From the NCBI RefSeq assembly GCF_006345805.1, contig NC_043000.1, positions 16,368,001-16,432,000 on the forward strand: 64,000 nucleotides of DNA. The letters run 5' to 3'. Below the pieces are notes generated by a model. That model saw only the letters and a list, made by a program, of their open reading frames with translations, made no database searches and was not told the DNA's origin. Of this stretch, positions 11,990-23,175 are shown piece after piece. This stretch comes from Octopus sinensis. Its lineage: Eukaryota. A program made the translations under genes and the position numbers. Position 1 is the stretch's first letter, and each line of letters opens with the position of its first letter.

Positions 11990-13484
11990 TGATTACCCAA
12001 AAGCAACCAGAAACATTCTTTGCGGGACAAGCCTGTTGTACATTATTTACGATATTTGTTCTCATCTTGTTTGTTGTAAACACGTTTCAGCTGATATACC
12101 CTCAGGCCTTCATCAGGTGTCTTGGGGAAATTTCGAACCTGGGTTCTCATTCCTAAGATATTTTTCGATATTATTATTATTATCATTATTATTATTATTG
12201 TTCAGGTCACTGCTTGGAATCAAACTCAGAATCTTGGGGTTAGTAGCCTGCGCTCTTAACCACTACGCTATATGCCCATGGGCATATAGCGTAGTGGTAA
12301 TTGTTGAAAGAGACTAGTTGACATGTCTCCATATGAAGATATCTTTAAAGTCTTTAATCATAGAAGTAGTGCAAATATTGTAAGAAGTGTTTAAGTAGCA
12401 TGTGGATGACAAACGTGTGTGATAGTTTATAATATGAAGACTAGTATTACCGCTGTAGATGTGTGTATCGTTAGTAACCACAACCACATGTAGGTCAATA
12501 ACATTACAAAATAAACAATGTGGGGAGACAATGGTGAATATTGAAGTACACCCAAATTGATAGAATATTAAAAAGATGGATGAAGAGAGAGAGAGGGAGA
12601 GAGTGTGTGTGTCTCTTTCTCTCCATCTTATATCATACACTGCAATACAGTAATCGGACAGGAAATACTTCAAAGAGCTCAGAAATGAATGGAATCTATT
12701 CATGTTTACAATACGGACAAAATTATGGCTTTTTCCTCACCAAGTATCACTCTTATGTAACTGATTTCCAATGAACAGACTGCCCATATGTTGCAATTGA
12801 TTTTTAATATAATCATAATTTGAAAAGGCTAGTAAAATATCTCTAATGTTATATAAGTGCAGCGTTGGTGCTGACTAACTGAAAAGTCAGGGTATAATTA
12901 ATTTTATAGGGAGATTTTAACTGAGATTATATAATTTAGTATCAGGCACGTAAGGATTAAAAGACTTAGACAAAACCAATCTATTTAGATTAAGAATACA
13001 TACTGTTTTATCAATACTGTAATGTTGAGAATAGGTACATTACTCAGATACAGCTGAGAGGAAGTTGATTTATGTGGTTTAAATAGTAACTGGATTTAGA
13101 GAGAGCGGGAGGGATGAGAGAGAGTATGCACATAAGCAAATATAAGAAATAGGCTATACTTTCGTAGTTGAGATATTTGATGACTTGAATCAACAATGAT
13201 AAGATGATAATGGGAAAAACTGTACAGCAGAAAACTTGAACGATATCAGTGATTACTTCCCCTTTAAGATTTTCAGGTTTTCAGCTCCAGGCCTGTCCTG
13301 ATCAAGTAGATCTTATAATCAAAGGCATTCCAGTCATGACCAAAATTCAGAAGCTATTTATAGCTGGTCACATGACTGAGTAGAAAGTCATTCATTGGCT
13401 CATGAATAGTGGAGTAATGTTACACATTCCTAAATTAAAGTTCTGCAAAAGCTGAATGTTTTTCATTCAACTATGGTTGAAGCA

Positions 13485-13657
13485 CTCACTACACTCACGG
13501 AGTGGTTGGCATTAGGAAGGGCATCCAGCTGTAGAAATATTGCCAGATAAGACCGGAGCCTGGTGCAGCCTTCTGGCTTCCCAGATCCCCGGTCGAACCG
13601 TCCAACCCATGCTAGCATGGAGAACAGACGTTAAACAATGATGATGATGATGATGAT
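13485..13657 (+). mobile_element. 5'-truncated RTE 3' end
   Basis: CACTACACTCACGGAGTGGTTGGC...GGAGAACAGACGTTAAACA(ATG)n. Confidence 0.85.
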
Positions 13658-13851
13658 GGTATCATCAGGACAAAAGCCAGAAATTTGTGAGAAAGAAATA
13701 AGTCAACTGACCCAAATATACGAGTACTACTCGTTTTTATTGATTCTGGAAGGATGAAAGCAAAGTTGGCCACAGCAGAATTTGAGCTCAGAATATAAAA
13801 ATCCAAAACTGCAAGGCACTTTATCTGACATTCTAACGTTTCTGCTAGCAA

Positions 13852-14044
13852 TTTTTACCTCCACCTTAGCAAAGACAGAGGTATTGTTTTCAGTCATGTT
13901 TGTTTGTTTGTTTGTCCGTGGACAAGATATCTCAAGAACCACAGGATGGACCCAGATGAAACTTTCAGGGATGTTTGGCCACGTGACTGGCATGAACTGA
14001 TTACATTTTGGGATTGATCTGGTACTGGACAAAGATTCTGGATT
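13852..14044 (-). mobile_element. HINE-like element, 3' half
   Basis: Reverse complement of 9345-9533, including the ACCTCC...GAGGT hairpin. Confidence 0.65.
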
Positions 14045-14224
14045 AAGCAATTACATATCAAACTCCAGTGCTCAACTGGTATTTATTTTATCAGTCCCTA
14101 CAGGGTGAATGGCAAAGTCAACCTCAGTAGAACTTAAACTCATAATGTAAAGTGCTGGAAAAAATGCCACTAAGCATTTTGTTCAACATGTGAATGATTT
14201 GGCCACCTTGCTATCTTAGCAACC

Positions 14225-14450
14225 ACAGCAGCAGCCGTCCAAGAATTTGGACCTGGAGATCACTGTTTCCAGCGACTTCGAGGGCCACCTTCCAGTGGTG
14301 TCGGGCGTCAACGAAGAGCCCTCGACTACAACAAGACGACCAAAGTTTGTTTTTTTTCCCAAGTTCTGGGGTCTCCCACCCCTAAGCCCTGGACCATCAC
14401 CCAATCACCCTTAACTGTCTTGCTGCTTAGCAACAACAACAACAACAGCC
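14225..14450. repeat. Unclassified ~220-bp interspersed repeat flanked by (CAG/CAA)n; second copy at 53040-53270
   Basis: Two co-oriented homologous copies: CAAGAATTTGGACCTGGAGATC...CGACTTCGAGGGCCACC...AAGCCCT.GACCATCACC.AATCACCCTTA. Confidence 0.75.
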
Positions 14451-14513
14451 ACAGCAGCAATAGAAGCAGCAAAACAAACTGAGAGCCCCAAACTCTAAGA
14501 GAAAGTGTTTTAC

Positions 14514-14633
14514 CTTAGCTTCATGTTTGCCTCAACTAAATTTAAGTGAGCCATAAGACATCCAAAGGGACTTCCTGGTGTTCCTTCCACCATGTATTGT
14601 GCATATTCGGGGTGCCACAAGATCTGTGCATTT
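14514..14633 (-). CDS. GCLC: GCLC coding exon 3 (120 nt, phase 2-2)
   Basis: CCAACAG acceptor; (A)[39 protein letters not shown]+AG; GTAAAA donor. Contains the conserved W.PEY..YM.EGTPG and VEANM motifs, in frame with exon 2. Confidence 0.95.
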
Positions 14634-15029
14634 CTGTTGGAATAAAACATGTAGTATATGTATTAATAAAAATAAACAGTTACATCATCGAAATCACTAA
14701 GCTATGGAATATGATTAATTTAAAACAATTTGGTTCAAGAAAATCATTACATTTGACAGAGTAATATGAGTACGAAAGGGTTAATTCTACATTGCCTCAG
14801 TTCAATGGGCTGAAGATAATAAATAGCAGATCAATTAGGGAATATCATCTGTGACAAAATGGCATTCTGTTCTTAAACAAGCTATTATAGTTTATTGAAA
14901 CTGAGGAAGGATTCACTGTTAGTTAAAGTGGTGGTTCTCAAACTAACAAAAATACCATTTCAAGACTGGACATATGATAACTGACATAGCTGCCTGAAAA
15001 CATAATAGAATCAAAAAAAGGCGTACAAC

Positions 15030-15088
<59 letters not shown>

Positions 15089-15203
15089 CATCATCATCAT
15101 TTAGCGTCCGTTTTCCATGCTAGCATGGGTTGGACGGTTCAACTGGGGTCTGTGAAGCCGGAAGGCCGCATCAGGCCCAGTCAATCAATTCATATATATA
15201 TAT

Positions 15204-15610
15204 TTACTCTTTTACTCTTTTACTTGTTTCAGTCATTTGACTGCGGCCATGCTGGAGCACCGCCTTTAGTCGAGAAACTCGACGCCAGGACTTATTCTTT
15301 TTGTAAGCCCAGTACTTATTCTATCGGTCTCTTTTTGCCGAACCGCTAAGTGACGGGGACGTAAACACACCAGCATCGGTTGTCAAGCAATGCTAGGGGA
15401 ACAAACACAGACACACAAACACATACATATATATACATACATATATACGACAGGCTTCTTTCAGTTTCCGTCTACCAAATCCACTCACAAGGCATTGGTC
15501 GGCCCGGGCTATAGCAGAAGACACTTGCCCAAGGTGCCACGCAGTGGGACTGAACCCGGTTCCATGTGGTTGGTTAGCAAGCTACTTACCACAGAGTCAC
15601 TCCTGCGCCT
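15204..15610 (-). mobile_element. tRNA-derived SINE family C (CORE-like box, internal (TA)n, (AAAAGAGT)n tail)
   Basis: On the minus strand: AGGAGTGACTCTGTGGTAAG (A box), GGGTTCAGTCCC (B box), and CCTTGGGCAAGTG resembling the CORE-SINE core. Other copies at about 21548-21925(-), 30003-30500(-), 30550-30880(+), 31280-31710(+), 32400-32770(-), 33920-34292(-), 36240-36672(-), 44955-45140(+), 47955-48365(-), 54910-55300(-), 57025-57352(-). Confidence 0.85.
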
Positions 15611-15639
15611 ATATATATACATCAGGCCCAGGCAATCAA

Positions 15640-15703
<64 letters not shown>

Positions 15704-15858
15704 CGTATATATATATACATACATACATATATACATACATATATATATACATACATATATATATATACATGCCCCAGCATGGCCGTGGCTTTCGGGCTAA
15801 AACATTAAGGATTTAGGATTTATACATATATATATATACATATCTATCTATCTATACA

Positions 15859-15897
<39 letters not shown>

Positions 15898-16656
15898 ATT
15901 GCGGCGTAACGTACCCCTATCTCCTATGTATGCACATTTCACCTTGTACGAGACTTCGTTACACACACTTTCTCTATAGTCTGTGTCTTTCTCTTTTTCC
16001 TTGCCTCTGATTCTTCCCCCACTCTCTTACTTTGCACCATTATTTATATTGCTAAGCTGTTTCTTCTCCCCTCTTTAATTCCTTCCTTCTCTCTCTCTCC
16101 CCCTTGGTGCCTTTGTCCCTTTCTTTCTCTCTCTCTTTGATTCCTTGTCCCCTGCTTTTCTTTCCCCTCTCTTCAGTCCTCCCACGTGACTGCCGCTCAA
16201 ACTGGTCTTTTCGGCTTGACCACTGCCATGTTAACACTGTTGTCTTCGTTTGCCGCAAAGGCATTTTTTCAAAATACGCCAGCCAAGATAAGTTAAAAAT
16301 TGTCTGAAGTCGTAAGACACCCGCTGTTTTGTCCTGTTATTACTATTCTTGTTTTTATTTCTATTTTTTGTTTCTTGTATTCATATTCGTGTGGCATCCT
16401 GTCCTTGTTTCGTATGCATTCGATCCTTTTTCCAAGAAATCTAATGCTCGTAGCTTAGTTTTTCTTTGGGGCTGGCCGTATCGGAGCGATATCAGGATTA
16501 ATCAGCCGAAATTGCTAAGATGATCCGGTTCCCAACTGAAGATTAGAGGCTTCGAATGACCCGTCTGTTTTTTTGTGTCGTCTCTCTGTGTGTTTTTGCA
16601 TTCTTGTCCCATTTTGTAATATATTTTTAATTTCTATACACACACACACATATATA

Positions 16657-16707
<51 letters not shown>

Positions 16708-16920
16708 ATATATATATAATATACATATATATATACATATACACATATCTATCTATCTATATATATATATATACATATACACAATCTATCTATCTATCTA
16801 TATATATATATATATATAATATATATATATATATCTATATATATATATATATATATAATATATATATATATATATACACACATATATATATACATATACA
16901 CATATATATATACATATATA

Positions 16921-19047
16921 TGAAGACAGGGAAAGCCCCAGGCCCATCAGGAATTACTGCAGAGATGCACAAAATATCTGGCAGTGTCGGCTATAACCTA
17001 GTCACCCGTATAGTCAACCAGGTGATACACGAAGGAGTCATACCCAATGACTGGTGTAGCAGCATACTAGTCAACTGCTACAAAGGTAAAGGTGACGCCC
17101 TAGATACAAATAATTACAGAGGTATCAAGCTGTTGGATCAGGTAATGAAGGTTACGGAGAGGGTCATAGCCCAACTAATTAAAGAGAGAGTTAGTTTAAA
17201 TGAGATGTAGTTTGGGTTCGTGCCAGGGAAAAGTACCACTGATGCTATATTCCTGGTAAGGCAGCTGCAGGAGAAATACCTAGCTAAAGATAAGACCTTG
17301 TACCTGGCTTTCGTTGACATGGAGAAAGCCTTTGACAGGGTCCCCCGATCCCTTATCTGGTGGTCAATGAGGAAACTAGGGATAGATGAATGGCTGGTGA
17401 GGGCTGTGCAAGCCATGTACAGAGATGCTGTAAGGTTAGGGTTGGCAACATGTACACAGAAGAATTCAAAGTAGAGGTTGGGGTCCACCAGGGTTCAGTA
17501 CTCAGCTCCTCCTATTTATCATAGTCCTCCAGGCAATTACAGAGGAATTCAAGACAGGTTGCCCCTGGGAGCTCCTCTATGCTGACGACCTTGCTCTAAT
17601 TGCTGAGTCACTATCAGAACTGGAGGAGAAGTTCCAGGTGTGGAAGGAGGGTTTAGAATCTCGGGGCCTTAGAGTCAACCTAGCTAAAACCAAAGTACTA
17701 ATAAGTAGGAAGGTAGACAATCCACAAATGTCTTCAGGAAGATGGCCCTGCTCAATCTGTAGAAAAGGTGTAGGTAGAAACTCTATAAGATGTACCCAGT
17801 GTAAGCTATGGACACATAAGAGGTACAGCAATGTCAAAGGTAGGCTAACTGGGAAGATAGTTTTTGTATGTGGCAGATGCTCGGGAGCATTAACCTCCGA
17901 AAATCTGCAGAAAACAACTTCCGTCACTTTCCAGGGGGAAAAACTAGAAGTAGTTGATAGCTTCCGTTATCTTGGTGACCAAGTCAGTAGTGGGGGTGGG
18001 TGCGTTGAAAGTGTAACTGCTAGAATAAGAATAGCCTGGGCAAAGTTTAGGGAGCTCTTACCTCTGCTGGTGACTAAAGGCCTCTTGCTCAGAGTAAAAG
18101 GCAGACTGTATGATGCATGTGTACGAACAGCCATGCTACATAGCAGTGAAACATGGGCCGTGACTGCTGAGGACATACGTAAGCTTGCGAGGAATGAGGC
18201 CAGTATGCTCCGATGGATGTGTAATGTCAGTGTACATACTCAACAGAGCGTTAGTACCTTGAGAGAAATGTTGGACCTAAGAAGCATCAGTTGTGGTGTG
18301 CAAGAGAGACGATTGCGCTGGTATGGTCATGTGGCGAGAATGGATGAAGATAGGTGTGTGAAAAAGTGCCAATCCCTAGCAGTTGAGGGAACCCGTGGAA
18401 GAGGTAGACCCAGGAAAACCTGGGACAAGGTGGTGAAGCACGACCTTTGAACTTTAGGCCTCACTGAGGAAATGACCAGCGACCGAGACCTTTGGAAATA
18501 TGCTGTGTGTGAAAAGACCAGGCAGGACAAGTGAGTCCAGCCCACTTATGCATGCCTTTCCTCCCTTGGACACAAAGACCTGTTGAGGCAAGCGAAGTTG
18601 ATATCGAACCTCATCCGACGACAGGCACCCATGCCAACCCCCTTTGCTTGCGAAGACATGTTGGGGCAAGTGAAATCGAAATTGAACTAATCCTATGACT
18701 GGCACCCGGCAGATGCCAGGACCCCTGGACTGGTGGTACGTAAAAAGCACTATCCAAATCGTGGCCGATGCCAGCGCCGCCTCGACTGGCTTCCGTGCCG
18801 GTGGAACGTAAAATGCACCAATCTGACCGTGGCCGTTGCCAGCCTCGCCTGGCACCTGTGCGGGTGGCACGTAAAAAGCACCCACTACACTCACGGAGTG
18901 GTTGGCGTTAGGAAGGGCATCCAGCTGTAGAAACATTGCCAGATAAGACTGGAGCCTGGTGCAGCCTTCTGGCTTCCCAGAACCCCGGTCGAACCGTCCA
19001 ACCCATGCTAGCATGGAGAACGGACGTTAAACGATGATGATGATGAT
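16921..19047 (+). mobile_element. 5'-truncated RTE-clade LINE: reverse transcriptase pseudo-ORF, PHD-like finger, ~510-bp 3' UTR, (ATG)n tail
   Basis: [12 protein letters not shown]...[14 protein letters not shown]...FVDMEKAFDRVPR...GVHQGSVLS...YADD (17578-17589)...FRYLG...RRLRWYGHV.R...RGRPRKTW. Premature stops at about 17208 and 18448, a frameshift near 17430, probable native stop at 18532-18534. (TA)n on both sides. Confidence 0.95.
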
Positions 19048-19474
19048 ACATATATATATATACATATACACATATATATATATACATATACACATACATA
19101 TATATATATACATATACATATATATACATATACATATAAACATATATATATATACATATACATACATATATATATACATACATATATATACATATACATA
19201 TATATACATATACATACATATATATACATATACATACATATATATACATATACATACATATATATACATATACATACATATATATATATATATATATTTT
19301 TCCAACAGTATTCATTTTGAGGGATTATTATACTATACTTTAAATGTACTCACTTATACTAGCAATACCCCAAATATTGCATAGATAATTCATACATTTA
19401 CAAGTATTAGCAATAGATATTCCTCATATGATTAATTATTTAACACCATCCACAACCCCTAACTTACTTGGTGT

Positions 19475-19533
<59 letters not shown>

Positions 19534-19993
19534 TATATTATATTAATTAGTGTTATATTAATTAGTGTTATATTAATTATCTTTTTAATAATTTTGATAT
19601 ATATTTAAATGATATAAATTAATTAATCTTATATATTGGCTTAAGTTTTTCATTGTATGATTTGCTTAATAGTGGTTTTATCTCTAATTTAATATAATAT
19701 AATATTTTACTATAAAATTGGATTCAATCCTAAATCTGATTTTTCCCTGTAAGTTTGGATTTATTCCCTAATATTTTATTATTATATATATATATATACA
19801 TACACACACATATATATATGGTGATGCATGAGTGTGTGGTGTTATTCTGTAAGTGGCTCTTTATTTAGATAGCCACCCCCACAAACACCTACCAAACAAC
19901 CAAATAAAGTCTAAATAAACTAAAACGACTATTTACAGTTACAGCCTGTATAAAGGAGACATACTTCTCTTCATTGCTGTCCTCTTCCTCCTA

Positions 19994-20385
19994 CCACCAC
20001 CACCACCACCACCACCACCACCACTACAGCTACTGTTACCTCCATTATTGCTATCCCATTACTGTCATAACAATCACAACATCACAACCATCATTATCAT
20101 CGGAATAAGTACCACTGCCACCGTCACTACCACTATTACCGTTACCACTCTTAAGCACTTTTACTACTACCACCACCAGCACCACAACCATTAACACTAC
20201 TACCACAACCATTAGCACTACCACCATCATTGCTGCTGCTGCTACTACTACTACTACTACTACTACTACTGCTACTACTACTACTACTGCTGCAACTACT
20301 ACTACTACTACTGCTGCTGCTGCTACTACTACTACTACTACTGCTGCTGCTGCTACTACTACTACTACTGCAGCTGCTGCTGCTG

Positions 20386-20420
<35 letters not shown>

Positions 20421-20425
20421 ACTAT
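19994..20425. repeat. Compound trinucleotide repeat: degenerate (CAC/CAT/TAC)n grading into alternating (CTA)n/(CTG)n blocks
   Basis: Directly visible; source of the poly-L, poly-S and poly-V/A ORFs. Confidence 0.95.
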
Positions 20426-20672
20426 CATCTCCACCAATTCTAAAAGTGACATGTACTAGTAGCCAATTACAACATTGACTGCGCAATCACAACTTTGCAG
20501 TGCACTGAGTTGCTGACAGCAGCGGAGGAGGTCGTTAACGCTGAACAGCCGTGTCAGTCGTTCCATGTTGGACGAGAGAACTTTTAAATTTAGAACAATG
20601 TCATAACTTTAAAGAAAGAAAGAAATGTTAATTAGGCCAACAAAATGAATTTGGGCGATTGCCATGGCAAAA

Positions 20673-21068
20673 TCTTTATATATAAAAGTCAAGTTGTGTC
20701 TCTGTCTCCTACGATTTAGATTCCTAACTACTCCCACATTTTGCGGTGCAGTTTAACCAAAACTGGGTACCTTATAGTCGTGATTCATATCGAGCCCTTT
20801 TGGGTATTAGCGCGCATCTACGATGAGTCTACAATTTAAAAAAAAATTTACCATCATTTTTTTCCATTTTAATGCATTTTTTTGCTATTATATAAGGGAA
20901 GTAACTCTCTAAAAATGTCTACGATGAGTCAACGATTTAAAAAAAAATTACCATCATTTTTTTTCCATTTTTAATGCATTTTTTTGCTATTTTTGACTAT
21001 AACTCTCTAAAAATGCTTATATAGTTATTTCCCTTACAAACCCGAGCAACGCCAGGCGATACTGCTAG
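20673..21068 (+). mobile_element. Non-autonomous Helitron, subfamily 1
   Basis: A|TCTTTATATATAAAAG ... CCCGAGCAACGCCAGG hairpin ... CTGCTAG|T: 5' TC, 3' CTAG, A/T target, no TSD. Confidence 0.88.
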
Positions 21069-22239
21069 TAGTATATAAACGGATGGCTCAGTAGATGGAT
21101 TTTACAGAATATGGAAATAGCCTCCCTTCCTCTTTCTCTCTCCCTCCTTCTCTCCTTCTTTCTCTTGCTTGCTGAGAGAATTATAATAGATAATTATGCT
21201 AGAGTGGATATGACACAGACTGAGACTTAGATGACATTGAGCAAAGTGCAGAATGAACAGAGCTAGGTCACCATCATTATCATCATTATCATCATTGTTA
21301 TTTAACGTCTGTTTTCCCTGCGAGCATGGGTTGGATGGTTTGAAAGGAGTTGGCAAGCTGGAGAACTCCACCAGGTTCCAACTGTCTGTTTTGATATGGT
21401 TTCTATGACTGAATGCCCTTCCTAATGCCAACCACTTTACAAAGTATGCTGGGGGCTTAATACAAGGCACCAACACTGGTGCTTTTTACATGGCACTAGC
21501 AGGGGTGCTATTCACATGGCACCTGCACGGGTGCTTTTTACATAACCTGTATGTATGTATACTCTTTTACTTGTTTCAGTTATTTGACTGTGGCCATGCT
21601 GGAGCTCCGCGTTTAGTCGAGCAAATCGACCCCAGGACTTATTCTTTGTAAGCCTAGTACTTATTCTATTGGTCTCTTTTGTCAAACTGCTAAGTTACGG
21701 TGATGTAAACACACCAGCATCAGTTGTCAAGCAATGTTGGGGGGACAAACACAAACACACATATACGCACACATACATATATACGACAGGCTTCTTTCAG
21801 TTTCCATCTACCAAATCCACCCACAAAGCTTTGGTCGACCCAAGGCTATAGTAGAAGACATTTGCCCAAGGTGCCACACAGTGGGACTGAACAAGCTACT
21901 TACCACACAGTCACTCCTATGTATAGGAGTGGCAAACAGAGTGGAACTACATCTGAGGACTGACAGAGTGATCGGAAATTATATGGTTACTGTATAGTTA
22001 AAGGCACAGGTATAGCTGTGTGGTTAAGCACTTCATTTCACAACTATATGGTTTCAGGTTCAGGCCATTGCATAGCACCTTGGACAAGTGTTTTCTACTA
22101 TGGCTCTGGGCCAACCAATGCCAATTTGAGTGAATTTGATACATGAAACTGTACGAATCCTGTTATGTGTTTATGCTCGTGGGAGTGTGTGCATGTCTAT
22201 GTAAGTGGTTGCATTCTACATTTCTCCTAAAATTTGCTT

Positions 22240-22410
22240 GTTGCAGACGGTCAATCTGCGCAGATGGAACTGCGAATGGCTCGCTATCTCCAGTGACCTC
22301 ACACGGGACCATCGAGCATGGGCCATCATGGTTTGTGATGCCATTAGGACCAGAGAAGAAGCCGGTTCAACCCGCACTGGGTGAACGCCGTCACAAGACA
22401 AGAAGAAGAG
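22240..22410 (+). mobile_element. 3' end of a different RTE-like LINE family
   Basis: NLRRWNCEWLAISSDLTRDHRAWAIMVCDAIRTREEAGSTRTG* followed by a short UTR and CAAG/AAG tail. Resembles RTE C-termini (DR..W motif). Confidence 0.5.
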
Positions 22411-22664
22411 AGATTGTTTGCGTTTCCCTATCAACAAATTGCCTGACAGCTCTGCACTTTGGGAAGAAAAGTGGAATGGAATAAAATTACCTCACTTGAC
22501 AAACAGGCAAGGGTTAACAACAAGAGGATCCCACTGTAAAAACAATGGCTCAGTAATGTAATCAGCCAGAGCCGACACCAAGCTAAACAACAACTGTTGT
22601 TAGTCTAATCATGTCTAGATTATCAGCACAACTACCTCATTCAAATAAAGGACAATGTGGCACA

Positions 22665-22862
22665 TAAAAAGGACAATGTGGCACGTAAAAAGCACCCACT
22701 ACACTCACGGAGTGGTTGGCATTAGGAAGGGCATCCAGCTGTAGAAACATTGCCAGATAAGACCGGAGCCTGGTGCAGCCTTCTGGCTTCCCAGATCCCT
22801 GGTCGAACCGTCCAACCCATGCTATCATGGAGAACGGACGTTAAACGATGATGATGATGATG
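22665..22862 (+). mobile_element. 5'-truncated RTE 3' end
   Basis: Near-identical to 18870-19047; (ATG)n tail. Confidence 0.85.
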
Positions 22863-23175
22863 TATACGAACTCTATGAATAGCTTAAAACATAATGGTTT
22901 TATTATTTTTGTTTTGTGAATACCAGTTGAAGAAAATAAAGTTAAATACTATACTGAACCATGAAAGACTATGTTTTTGTTTAGTAAACTAATAAATAAC
23001 AATCTTGCTTGTTTAATGTATTCAACCATCAAATATTACGTTTATAGTTTCTGGCTTTGTTTATAAAAATACCCACAATAAAATACACAATTGTATTGAT
23101 ACAGACATCAGTTAGGATAATGAAGCTATTGAAGCAGCCTTTACATAGTCACTCAAGCTGCTAGAAATAGCAATA

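Noticed and set aside
16540-16570. CTGAAGA...CGAATG hammerhead-like core (also CTGATGA...CGAATA at about 44313)
   Set aside because: No GAAA, no convincing stem II and no stem I pairing.
20051-20486. Poly-Leu, poly-Ser and poly-Val/Ala ORFs
   Set aside because: Trinucleotide repeat open in several frames on both strands; no splice or homology support.
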